From: Anaerolineae bacterium
Lineage (GTDB): Bacteria; Chloroflexota; Anaerolineae; DRVO01
Direction: 5' to 3'
Length of the DNA stretch: 51,285 nt
Assembly: GCA_034436255.1 (NCBI GenBank)
Contig: DAOTVV010000208.1
Coordinates: 1-51,285 of the forward strand
The position numbers were made by a program, and so were the translations under genes. Positions 18,667-26,657 of this stretch are shown here, piece by piece (position 1 is the stretch's first letter; each line of letters opens with the position of its first letter). The notes under the pieces are model-generated. The model had not been told where the DNA came from, did not search any database, and saw only the letters and a program-made list of their open reading frames with translations.

Positions 18667-19104
18667 TCAGTGTTCCAGGAGCAGAGTGACGGGGCCATCG
18701 TTGTGGATTTCGACCAGCATCTTCGCCCCGAACACGCCAGTCTGGGCAGGGAGACCGTACCGCCGCAGTTGCCTGACGAACTCGTCGAAGAGCGGTGCAG
18801 CGACTTCCGGGGCAGCGGCCTCGGCGAAACTCGGGCGCCGCCCCTTGCTGGCATCGGCGTACAGCGTGAACTGGGATACCACGAGGGCCTCGGCGCCCGT
18901 ATCTAGCGCCGACAGGTTCATCTTTCCCGCCGCATCCTCGAAGATGCGCAGATTCGCCAACTTCTCCGCCAGCCAGCCAGCCTGGGCAGCTGTGTCGCCC
19001 TGGCGTACCCCCAGTAGAACGAGCAGGCCAGGGCCAATGGTCGCCACTACCTGCCCCTCAACGGACACAGAGGCATGCGCCACGCGCTGGACAAGCGCTC
19101 TCAA
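18667..19104 (-). CDS. dtd: D-aminoacyl-tRNA deacylase
   Basis: (L)RALVQRV..., [15 protein letters not shown] and GVFGA.M.V...NDGPVT are canonical. I infer a TTG start at 19104 because it gives the family-typical N-terminus and overlaps the upstream stop as TTGA. The ORF-track ATG at 19191 adds 29 non-homologous aa. Confidence 0.85.
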   Translation of the reverse strand: MRALVQRVAHASVSVEGQVVATIGPGLLVLLGVRQGDTAAQAGWLAEKLANLRIFEDAAGKMNLSALDTGAEALVVSQFTLYADASKGRRPSFAEAAAPEVAAPLFDEFVRQLRRYGLPAQTGVFGAKMLVEIHNDGPVTLLLEH

Positions 19105-20222
19105 GGCTGCGCGACTTCCACCACGGCGAAGTACGGCTTCGCCGCCTCGCGAGCACGCCTGTCTGCGACAAGCGACGTGAACAGCTTCCACTCCCTTCGT
19201 CCGAAGAGCGCACGCCTGGGCAGGCTCCTGGTCAACTCACGCGTCGCCATACCGAGCGTCTCCGCTAACAAGTCAATCTTGCCCACTAGAGCCTGAGCGA
19301 TAGCCAACAGCAGCAGCCTGCGATCTACAACAGGAGCATCCACTCTTATCATGCTCAGCACAGCTATCGCGGCATCCAGTTCGCCAACTCTTATGGCTGC
19401 CTCGCCCCATTCGACCTGCCCATGTGCCAGCTCAGTAGGGTCTTCAGAGATCAGGCGCTGCCACCGACGCCGGGCCTGGGCGCGATCACCTTCCCGCTCT
19501 TCGAGCAAACCACGGTAGAGTTCGGCAGCCGGCGTGGGCCCGCTGGCGCTGAGGCGTTGGCGCAGGCGCGACAAGGCTCCCGCCTCCAACAGGAAACTGT
19601 ACAGGTCGCCCGCGAATTCGGCCGCCGCCTCAGAATCTAGAGCCGCCATTCTGTCCCATGCCTCATCGGCACGCTCTACCAATCCCTGCTCTGAGTAAAG
19701 TCGGAAGAGGCGACGCCACGCATCGGGAGCAAAAAAGCCGGTAGGTTCCTCAGCGAGACTGCGCTTGTAGCTCTTCTCCGCCTCGTCGAAATCGCCCCGG
19801 CTGAACTGGATGTCGCCCAAGGCGTTCCAATTCACAGCCTCGTGGGGATACTGGCCTGTGAGTTCGGTAGCGATTCCCAGTGCCGCCTCGAAGTCGCCTT
19901 CCTCCAGCCGCACCCTAGCCACAACCCGCGTTAACTCAGCTTCCCTTCCAGGCAGGAACCGCGCCAGCCCCGGCAACAGAGCCGCTGCCTCGTCGTAGCG
20001 GCCGGTACCGGAATAAAGGTCCGCAAGTTGACGGCCCACCATGAAAGCAAGCTCTGCCGCGGTTTCAGCACGCGCCAGTGTCTCGGGTGAGAGCGACGAG
20101 AGCCGCTTGAGTATGCGTTCCAGCATGGCGATTGCGCCTTCAAAGTCTCCCCGCCGGGCACACTCATAGGCCTCCACGTACATGGCCTCGTAGCTCTTCG
20201 GAAGGATGGGCGCATCAGGCAT
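19101..20222 (-). CDS. TPR-repeat protein
   Basis: Multiple 34-aa TPR-like repeats are present ([38 protein letters not shown]...). I chose the ATG at 20222 because GGAGG lies 7 nt upstream and a predicted promoter lies between 20222 and the ORF-track start at 20288. Confidence 0.75.
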   Translation of the reverse strand: MPDAPILPKSYEAMYVEAYECARRGDFEGAIAMLERILKRLSSLSPETLARAETAAELAFMVGRQLADLYSGTGRYDEAAALLPGLARFLPGREAELTRVVARVRLEEGDFEAALGIATELTGQYPHEAVNWNALGDIQFSRGDFDEAEKSYKRSLAEEPTGFFAPDAWRRLFRLYSEQGLVERADEAWDRMAALDSEAAAEFAGDLYSFLLEAGALSRLRQRLSASGPTPAAELYRGLLEEREGDRAQARRRWQRLISEDPTELAHGQVEWGEAAIRVGELDAAIAVLSMIRVDAPVVDRRLLLLAIAQALVGKIDLLAETLGMATRELTRSLPRRALFGRREWKLFTSLVADRRAREAAKPYFAVVEVAQP

Positions 20223-20257
20223 GACAAAGCCTCCGAATATGGAACGGATGAAACCCC

Positions 20258-20288
20258 AGTATAGCAGCGCCAGAGCGAGGCGGGCCAA
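20258..20288 (-). promoter_or_regulatory. Predicted promoter for the TPR-dtd operon (extended -10 TGcTATACT; weak -35 TTGGCC with 19-nt spacing)
   Basis: On the minus strand, TATACT corresponds to plus-strand 20258-20263, TG is at 20265-20266, and TTGGCC corresponds to 20283-20288. Confidence 0.4.
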
Positions 20289-20479
20289 TGCTGTGGTCCC
20301 TCAACGGGCGGGGCAGACCCCACAGATGCTATTTGGTGGCGGCCGTCAAGAGCGACGGCAGTCACCATCCCTGGTGCTGCACCAGCTGCAACCAGCTCGC
20401 AGCCCAAGGAAAGCCCTCGGCTTGGGGCTGAACACCCGGCTATCTCTCAGTCCAGGCAAAGGCTACAAAGCGCGAACCC

Positions 20480-20508
20480 TTGCGGGCACAGGGGGCAGAT
20501 GCTATCAT
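20480..20508 (+). promoter_or_regulatory. Possible promoter for the membrane-protein trio: TTGCGG, 17-nt spacer, TATCAT
   Basis: The hexamers are at 20480-20485 and 20503-20508. If this promoter is real, the first gene starts at the GTG at 20519, not the TTG at 20480. Confidence 0.3.
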
Positions 20509-22102
20509 CGCCTTCACCGTGGAGACAACCGTTCTCGTTTCCCCCTGGTCGTTGCTCGCACCCAGCGCTATCCTGGCTTCGGCGGCCCTTCTCGCCGGGC
20601 TGTCGCTGCAGCTTCGCTTCCTCATGAGTGGCCTGCTGCGCATAGTAGCCGCCATAGCTGTTGCTGTGGCTCTGCTACTCCTGCGGCGCTCCGGCGAAGC
20701 CTATGCGCCGCTCGCACTTTTCCGCGTCGGAGACCTGACGGCGCCGATTGCGGACCTGCGGCTGACTACCGTCACTTGGAGCTGGGAGCGGCTGCTCTTG
20801 GTTGGTGGGCTGGCCGTGATCCTCTCAGCACCGGTGGAGGACCTGCCCGCCTGCCTCCTGGTCCTGGCCGCGGCCTGCTTCTCCCTTCTGGCGAGTAGCC
20901 TCAGCAGCATAGCACTGGCCTGGTTCGTAACCGAAGCGGCCCTCTTCATCAGCGCCGCTTCCGGCCGACGTGCCAGTGCGGCTCTCGGGCTGGCTGCGGG
21001 CTCGACAGCGGCTCTCGCCTCGCTGTATGCCAGCGCCACTTCGGCAGGCATCGGTATCAGCCAGGCCTCCCTCTCTCCACTCACCTGGCTTCTTGCGCTC
21101 GGCGCTGTCGCTCTGCGGCTGCGCCTCTGGCCCCTGTCCTGGCCCTCTGCCTCCGGGCCGCTCCGGGCATTGTGGTTTCTGGTCGGCGTTGTCACCGGCT
21201 TCGCCGTCCTCGGCCGCCTGGCGCCGGCCCTGCGTCCCGGCGAGTTGCCGCAATGGGCAACCTTAGTGCTGCTCCTCAGCGCCTCCGGTGCCGGCGTCGG
21301 TGCCTGGCTTACCCGCCGCGACCGCGGGCGCTCCCTCGGCTGGACGGCGGCAGCGCTTATTGCCTTGCTCCTGGTGGGAGAGGCAGAATCGCCGCTTCCT
21401 CCGCCCTCAGCCGGCCTGGCCGCAGCGGGGCTGGCGGCCGTCATCCTCTACCTCTACCTCGTACCGCCACTTCCGTCTCGCGTTACGACCTGGCTCGGGT
21501 CACCCTCCTGGCTGCGGACAGCGATGCTACTGGTACCAGCAGCTTTGCTGCTCCCCTGGCCGTTCTTGCCCTTCGGCAAGGCGCTTGTCCAGGTCTTTGC
21601 CCTGCTAGCCGCCGTGCGCCCGGCTGCTGCTGCTCTAGCCGTCCTGACCGCCGGCCTGGCAACAGGTTCGCTCTTTTCGCTGAGCCGGGGCGCCTCGCCA
21701 GCGCCCAGCCAGCTGCGGCAAGACTTTATCTCGCCCATCGTGATCGCCATCTTACTGGTGAGCCTGGCACTGGGCCTTGGCGCGAGTTCACGCTATGCTG
21801 AGCTCATGGAGCGGGAGCAGACTCTGGCCGGCTTGAAGATCGCTTCCAGCTTCTCCAGTGGGGCGCTGCTCGCCTGGTTCTCGATAGCACTCGCGGCCGC
21901 GCTCGCCCTCGTCCAGCATCGCCGATGGCTCGGCGCCGGCACGTTCGGCGGAACTGCCAGCCTCGGCGGCCGCCTGGCAAGCATCGGCCGAGGATTCATC
22001 GCCGTCATGGATACTGGCTTCGCCCTCATCGAGGGAGAGGCCTCCCTCACCTGGGCAACGTTGGTAGGCATCGCTATTCTCGCAATAGCGGCAGGGCTCT
22101 GA
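20480..22102 (+). CDS. Polytopic Ala/Leu-rich membrane protein with weak Mrp/Nuo antiporter-like (Proton_antipo_M-like) motif traces
   Basis: 540 aa, almost entirely hydrophobic helices. By-eye traces are LRLWPLSWPSASGPLRALWF and LLLPWPFLPFGKAL. The start is uncertain (TTG 20480 or GTG 20519). Confidence 0.55.
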   Translation: MRAQGADAIIAFTVETTVLVSPWSLLAPSAILASAALLAGLSLQLRFLMSGLLRIVAAIAVAVALLLLRRSGEAYAPLALFRVGDLTAPIADLRLTTVTWSWERLLLVGGLAVILSAPVEDLPACLLVLAAACFSLLASSLSSIALAWFVTEAALFISAASGRRASAALGLAAGSTAALASLYASATSAGIGISQASLSPLTWLLALGAVALRLRLWPLSWPSASGPLRALWFLVGVVTGFAVLGRLAPALRPGELPQWATLVLLLSASGAGVGAWLTRRDRGRSLGWTAAALIALLLVGEAESPLPPPSAGLAAAGLAAVILYLYLVPPLPSRVTTWLGSPSWLRTAMLLVPAALLLPWPFLPFGKALVQVFALLAAVRPAAAALAVLTAGLATGSLFSLSRGASPAPSQLRQDFISPIVIAILLVSLALGLGASSRYAELMEREQTLAGLKIASSFSSGALLAWFSIALAAALALVQHRRWLGAGTFGGTASLGGRLASIGRGFIAVMDTGFALIEGEASLTWATLVGIAILAIAAGL

Positions 22103-22103
22103 G

Positions 22104-22727
22104 ATGCCAACCTCTCTTCTAGCCAATCTCATCCGGCTGGCAAACTCGCTTTCGGCGCAGGCCGTGATCATCGCCGTCATTATCGCCGGCGTCACCATGA
22201 TGATCACGATGTCCGAGCCGCTCCTGATTCTGGCTCTGCTGACAGCCTACCTTGCCGGAGCTGTCCTATTGGCGTCGCTGGCGGCGCCCGAGTTAGCCTT
22301 CGTGGTGGCCCTGCTCGGCATCTTCTCGGCCCTCATGATGAACTTCACGGCCGCCGAGAGGCGCTCGCTGCATATCTCCTCTCGGCGAAACCGCATTCCA
22401 GCAAGCTTCCGCCTGCTTCTGGCAGCGCTCGCCCTATGGGTTGTCTGGTCCTTGGGCCTGCTGCGGCAACCCCTGCAGCCGATGAGTTTCACCACGGTCT
22501 GGGAGCTAGCGGTGGCCGCCGTCGCCCTGGCAACGGCAACGGACGCTTTCAAGGCTGGGATAGTGCTCCTGCTGCTACTCTCGGATACCTTGCTCTACTA
22601 CGCAACCAGCACCGCGGAAGTGAGCCTCCTGGTCATCGGCGTGGCCGGCCTGGCCAGCTTCGCAATCTCACTCGCTGCGTCGCACCTGGCGTTGCTGCAG
22701 CCGAGCAAAGGCGAACCATGGCCCTGA
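22104..22727 (+). CDS. Small polytopic membrane protein (~6 TM), unknown family
   Basis: 207 aa. The ATG lies 1 nt after the upstream stop. Two halves each carry a membrane-embedded acidic residue (APELAF, TSTAEVS). Any similarity to NuoK/MrpC-type subunits is weak. Confidence 0.5.
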   Translation: MPTSLLANLIRLANSLSAQAVIIAVIIAGVTMMITMSEPLLILALLTAYLAGAVLLASLAAPELAFVVALLGIFSALMMNFTAAERRSLHISSRRNRIPASFRLLLAALALWVVWSLGLLRQPLQPMSFTTVWELAVAAVALATATDAFKAGIVLLLLLSDTLLYYATSTAEVSLLVIGVAGLASFAISLAASHLALLQPSKGEPWP

Positions 22728-24022
22728 AGCCCGCTCTACTGACACTCTTGACTCTTCCGGCGCTGATCGCTGGCCTGGCCTACTTCCTGCGTTCCTGGCC
22801 GAGAGCTTCCCACGCGTTAGCCTGCGCCGCCGCCGTGGCCGTCGCTCTGGTCGCCCGCTCCTCACCACCTGGGCTCAGCGGTGACCTCATCGGCAGGCCA
22901 CTGCTGTTTGACCAGCCGGCGCGCCAGGCCTTCCTCATCACGCTCGCCGCAGTGGCTGCCAGCAATCTCGCCCTCGCCATCTACCCCCAGACCAGCCTGT
23001 TCGCCCCGGTCTCGCTGGTGCTGCCCTCGCTAGTCGGCCTGGCTCTCTCGCTGGACAACCTGACGCTGGCCTGCCTGTTCCTGCTGATTGCCGCCGTACT
23101 GCTCGTGATGGCCTGGGGTGCCGGGCCGCGTCCACGTGGCCACCTTCAGTACCTCGTGGCGATGTGCATTGGCGCGCTGATCCTGGCGTATTCGGCCAGC
23201 CTGATTGACGAGGCCCCGAAGGTGCCGAACCGCTTTGGCAGCATCGGTTTCGAAGTGGGCGCCGGCCTGCTTCTGGCGCTCTTGCCGTTCGGCTTCTGGG
23301 AGACGAACCTCAGCCGCGACTCGGACCCTCTTACCGCTTCGCTCGCCGGCCTGGGCCTGAAACCTGCGGTCATAACCATCATCTGGCGTTTCAGCAGCCG
23401 TTACCCCTGGCTCGGCGGTGGCCTTCTGCCGCAGATACTGCAGGCTGCCGTATTCGTCACACTCGGCTATGCCATGCTCCGAGCCGCGACGGCGCCCAAC
23501 ACGCGGATCTTCGTCGGCGCCGCCGCTCAGGGCCAGTTCGCACTCGTCCTTCTGACGCTGCTGCCGGCGCTGGGGGCGTCGGCGTTGCTCCCGCTGACCA
23601 GCCAATGGCTGCTGGCGCGCATCCCGGCAGTGCTCCTGCTCGCCCTGACGGCATCGGCCATGCGCCCCGGTGGCAAGCTGCCGGCGCGCTTGCTCTTCGT
23701 GTTCGGCGTCCTGGCCCTGCTCGGGCTGCCGGGTACGCCTCTATTTCCCGTCTATTTTGCTGGCCTGCTCACGCTCAGGGGGCAAAGCGCACTTCTGCTG
23801 CCACTGTTCGCCCTGTGCGCGGGGAGTGCCATCGGCGCCGGCCAGCTGCTACTGCGCATGAACAGCAGCCCTCCAACAGCAACGGGCGCGGAAGCTTACG
23901 GCCCGGAGGGCAGCGGTGAGCAAGAGGCCACGACGGCTGCCTTGGTCGGCGCCGTCGTGTTGGCTGCCATCGTCCTGTACCTGGGCCTGCAGCCAGCCCG
24001 GCTAGTGGCTTACCTCAGCTAG
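22718..24022 (+). CDS. Polytopic membrane protein, degenerate NuoN/MrpD-like (Proton_antipo_M-like)
   Basis: The ATG at 22718 (MALKPALLTL) overlaps the upstream gene by 10 nt. Motif traces are HLQYLVAMCIGALILAYSAS, LLPFGFWETN...DPLTASLAGLGLKPAV and LALLGLPGTPLFPVYF. The ORF-track extension to 22436 lies inside the previous gene and is rejected. Confidence 0.55.
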   Translation: MALKPALLTLLTLPALIAGLAYFLRSWPRASHALACAAAVAVALVARSSPPGLSGDLIGRPLLFDQPARQAFLITLAAVAASNLALAIYPQTSLFAPVSLVLPSLVGLALSLDNLTLACLFLLIAAVLLVMAWGAGPRPRGHLQYLVAMCIGALILAYSASLIDEAPKVPNRFGSIGFEVGAGLLLALLPFGFWETNLSRDSDPLTASLAGLGLKPAVITIIWRFSSRYPWLGGGLLPQILQAAVFVTLGYAMLRAATAPNTRIFVGAAAQGQFALVLLTLLPALGASALLPLTSQWLLARIPAVLLLALTASAMRPGGKLPARLLFVFGVLALLGLPGTPLFPVYFAGLLTLRGQSALLLPLFALCAGSAIGAGQLLLRMNSSPPTATGAEAYGPEGSGEQEATTAALVGAVVLAAIVLYLGLQPARLVAYLS

Positions 24023-24078
24023 CCAGTTCGTTTCGGCCGGCTATGCGGCAAAGAAGCGATGCCCCGCTCCTGTCGAGC

Positions 24079-25149
24079 CTATGGCGCGCCACCCACGCCG
24101 GATGACGGCATGCCCACGCCCTGATCGGGCCGTTGCATGAGCATACCCATGCGCATACGGGCGAGCACGGTGAGGCGCGGGTCTTTGCTCAGGTTCGAGG
24201 CCGTCTCAAACTCTTGTATGGCCTCGGGCACCTTTCCCTGCAGTTCGTAGACGCTGGCCAGGGCGAAATGAGCCATTGCCGACTTGTCGTCAGCCTTGAC
24301 GGCGGCGTTCGCCTCCGCTTCCGCCAGGTTCACCGTGTTCGCGCCCGAGACGGCCATCTTGTAATAGACGAGCGACAGGCTGGCATGGTAGTCCGCGGCG
24401 CTCGGCGAGAGACGCTGCGCCGTAGCGAAATGAGGCGCTGCTTCATCCGTCCTGCCTAGCTGCTGCAGCAGGGCAGCGACATAGAGCTGATTCTCCACGT
24501 CGTTAGGGTTGATCTGCAGGGCAGCCTCATACTCTGTGAGAGCTGCCTGCAAGTCACCCCGCTGGATGTCCAGCTCGCCGTTGGAGATATGCTCGGAGGC
24601 CGCCTGCTGTGCTTTTGGCGGGGCAAGGAACAGCTGGTAGGCGACGCCGACAAGCAGTAGCACGCCCAGGGCGATCGCGCCGCGCATGGACCAGCGCCTG
24701 ATCGTCTCGCGCCGGCGCTCGGCTACGAGACGGTCGAGGAACCACCACCACTCGTCCTCGGAAGGCCGCACCTCATCGCGGGCGGCAGCGATGTTTTCCG
24801 GGCCGGCCTCACGCACGACCATGGAAGCCCGGCTGCGAAGCATGTTCTCAGCCGTCTCCAGGCGCGTACGCTCAGGCTTGAGGTCCACCCCGTACTCGGC
24901 CTCCAGGCGCGGAATCGCCTCTTCGACGGCGTCGAAACGACGCAGCATTTCCAGGGTCGCCTGCGGGCCGATGCCGCGCACATTAGCGAGCGCGAGCTCG
25001 ACCAGGCGCAGCACGCCGCGCAGTTCCTCGGCATTGGCTATGCCGACTTCAGCGCCGGCGGGACCGCGCCCATCGTCCTTATCTCTGCTTGGTATGTTCA
25101 CTACACCATGTGCGACCACATCTAAATCACTCCTATCTCTACCACTCAC
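24079..25149 (-). CDS. Single-pass membrane protein with an N-terminal helix-hairpin-helix-like region and a C-terminal TPR domain
   Basis: It has an HhH-like LANVRGIGPQATLEML, a TM helix GAIALGVLLLVGVAYQLFL, and then TPR repeats (GDLQAALTEYEAALQINPND, GRTDEAAPHFATAQRLSP, GKVPEAIQEFETA). The start is GTG. Confidence 0.65.
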   Translation of the reverse strand: MSGRDRSDLDVVAHGVVNIPSRDKDDGRGPAGAEVGIANAEELRGVLRLVELALANVRGIGPQATLEMLRRFDAVEEAIPRLEAEYGVDLKPERTRLETAENMLRSRASMVVREAGPENIAAARDEVRPSEDEWWWFLDRLVAERRRETIRRWSMRGAIALGVLLLVGVAYQLFLAPPKAQQAASEHISNGELDIQRGDLQAALTEYEAALQINPNDVENQLYVAALLQQLGRTDEAAPHFATAQRLSPSAADYHASLSLVYYKMAVSGANTVNLAEAEANAAVKADDKSAMAHFALASVYELQGKVPEAIQEFETASNLSKDPRLTVLARMRMGMLMQRPDQGVGMPSSGVGGAP

Positions 25150-25241
25150 TCAGAAGCCAACTTGCCTGCGCTGCAACCAGCCTTGGTTGGTGCCATCTTG
25201 CCTCTGTGCGTTGCCACGGCTGAGCCTGCCTCCCTCCCGCT

Positions 25242-25913
25242 CTATCCCCCCGCACTGGCCGTGCCTGTCGCCTGCGTGCCGCCGGCCAGGCCGCCCATGT
25301 AGGGGAGGGACACGTTCAAGCTGGGCGGCCAGAGCGAGAACCAGGCTTTGCCGATGATCCTGCTGGCCTTGACCGGGCCGAAGGAGCGGGAATCGTTGCT
25401 GTTGGTGCGATTATCGCCCAGGAACATGTACTCATCGGGGCCGAGCACGCGAGGCCCCCAGTTGGAATTGCCCTTATCGAAGACAACATAGGGCTCGCTC
25501 AAAGCCTCGCCGTTGATGTACACCGTGCCGTTACGGATGGCAAACTCCTCTCCGGGCAGCCCGACCACCCTCTTGATCAAGGCTGGCCCCGTCCCCATCG
25601 GGTTAGAGAAGACCACAATGTCGCCGCGTTTGGGCTGGTCCAGGCGGTAGACGAGCTTGTTGACCATCAGGTACCGGCCAGGGTAGAGATTGGGCTCCAT
25701 GCTTGGCCCGTAGACACGCGTGTTCTGAAGCGTCGCCCTGACGGCAACGAAAAGGACGACCGCCAGGAGCAGCGTCTCGAGCGAGTCCTGGAAGAGCCGC
25801 CCCCAGAACGAAGGCGTAGCTTCGGCCTCAGAGACCTCGCCCTGCTCGATACCCGGGGTGGCCTCATCATCAGGCTGCGCTCGCAACGCCAGAGGTACGC
25901 GCTCACCAGCCAC
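25242..25913 (-). CDS. lepB: Signal peptidase I (copy 1)
   Basis: Box B is GPSMEPNL (catalytic Ser), box C is RGDIVVF, box D is IKRVVGLPGE (catalytic Lys) and box E is GDNRTNSNDSR. The GTG start has AAGGGG upstream. Confidence 0.9.
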   Translation of the reverse strand: MAGERVPLALRAQPDDEATPGIEQGEVSEAEATPSFWGRLFQDSLETLLLAVVLFVAVRATLQNTRVYGPSMEPNLYPGRYLMVNKLVYRLDQPKRGDIVVFSNPMGTGPALIKRVVGLPGEEFAIRNGTVYINGEALSEPYVVFDKGNSNWGPRVLGPDEYMFLGDNRTNSNDSRSFGPVKASRIIGKAWFSLWPPSLNVSLPYMGGLAGGTQATGTASAGG

Positions 25914-25940
25914 GATTACCCCTTCGCTTTGCCTTCGCGC

Positions 25941-26657
25941 TCAGCGCGCCGTCGGCTCAGCGCCAGTCGCCTGGCTGCTCTCGTGCGGGAGCGCCAGGCC
26001 GTAAGTCGGGGGCCAAAGCGAGAACCAGGCCTTGCCAATGAACTCGCTGGCCGATACAGGACCGAAGTTGCGCGAGTCGTTGCTGTTGTCTCGATTGTCG
26101 CCCAGCAACATGTATTCCCCCGGCCCAAGCACCTGGGGGCCCCAATCACCGGAAGGTGGGTTGGGCGCGACGTACGGTTCCGCCAGTGCCACGCCGTTTA
26201 TGTAGACAACGCCAGATCTGATCATCACCTCCTCGCCCGGAAGGCCGACGACGCGCTTGATCAGCGCTCTCCTCTCATCTTGCGGCGAACGAAAGACAAC
26301 TATGTCCCCCCGCTGTGGCGATCCGAGGCGCAAGGCAAGCTTGTTCACCATTACGTACTGGCCATTGTGCAGCGTTGGCTCCATGCTGTGCCCGTCCACG
26401 CGCGTGTTCTGCAACGTGGAGCGAACGGCCACAAACAGGACCACCGCCAGCAGCAGGGTCTCGAAAGTATCGCGCGCAAGCTTGGGCCAGAAGCTCAGGC
26501 CAACCTGAGCGGCGCCCTCTTCTCGCTCGCCCTGATAGAGGCCCTGGCTCGATGTACTGCTTAGCTCTCCGCCGGTTCGCTCTTGATCTCCGGCTTCATC
26601 TCTTCGAACACTCGGGCCACACTCGTCCGGAAGGCCCTTTCCACTCGTTTGCGCCAT
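25941..26657 (-). CDS. lepB: Signal peptidase I (copy 2, tandem paralog)
   Basis: Motifs GHSMEPTL, RGDIVVF, IKRVVGLPGEE and GDNRDNSNDSR are present. The only canonical start is the ATG at 26657, which overlaps the 3' end of the upstream MBL gene by 97 nt. Confidence 0.85.
   Translation of the reverse strand: MAQTSGKGLPDECGPSVRRDEAGDQERTGGELSSTSSQGLYQGEREEGAAQVGLSFWPKLARDTFETLLLAVVLFVAVRSTLQNTRVDGHSMEPTLHNGQYVMVNKLALRLGSPQRGDIVVFRSPQDERRALIKRVVGLPGEEVMIRSGVVYINGVALAEPYVAPNPPSGDWGPQVLGPGEYMLLGDNRDNSNDSRNFGPVSASEFIGKAWFSLWPPTYGLALPHESSQATGAEPTAR

Noticed and set aside
20322-20505. A repeated 10-mer CAGATGCTAT at about 20322 and about 20496 in the divergent promoter region.
   Set aside because: It is only two short copies with no further symmetry or recurrence elsewhere in the window, which is compatible with chance.
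20701-23605. Minus-strand ORFs (20701-21444, 20825-21253, 23030-23605) opposite the membrane-protein trio.
   Set aside because: They are extremely Arg/Ala/Ser/Pro-rich and are the reverse-complement artefact of Ala/Leu-rich codons. The plus-strand frames give coherent TM-helix periodicity and operon-like packing.
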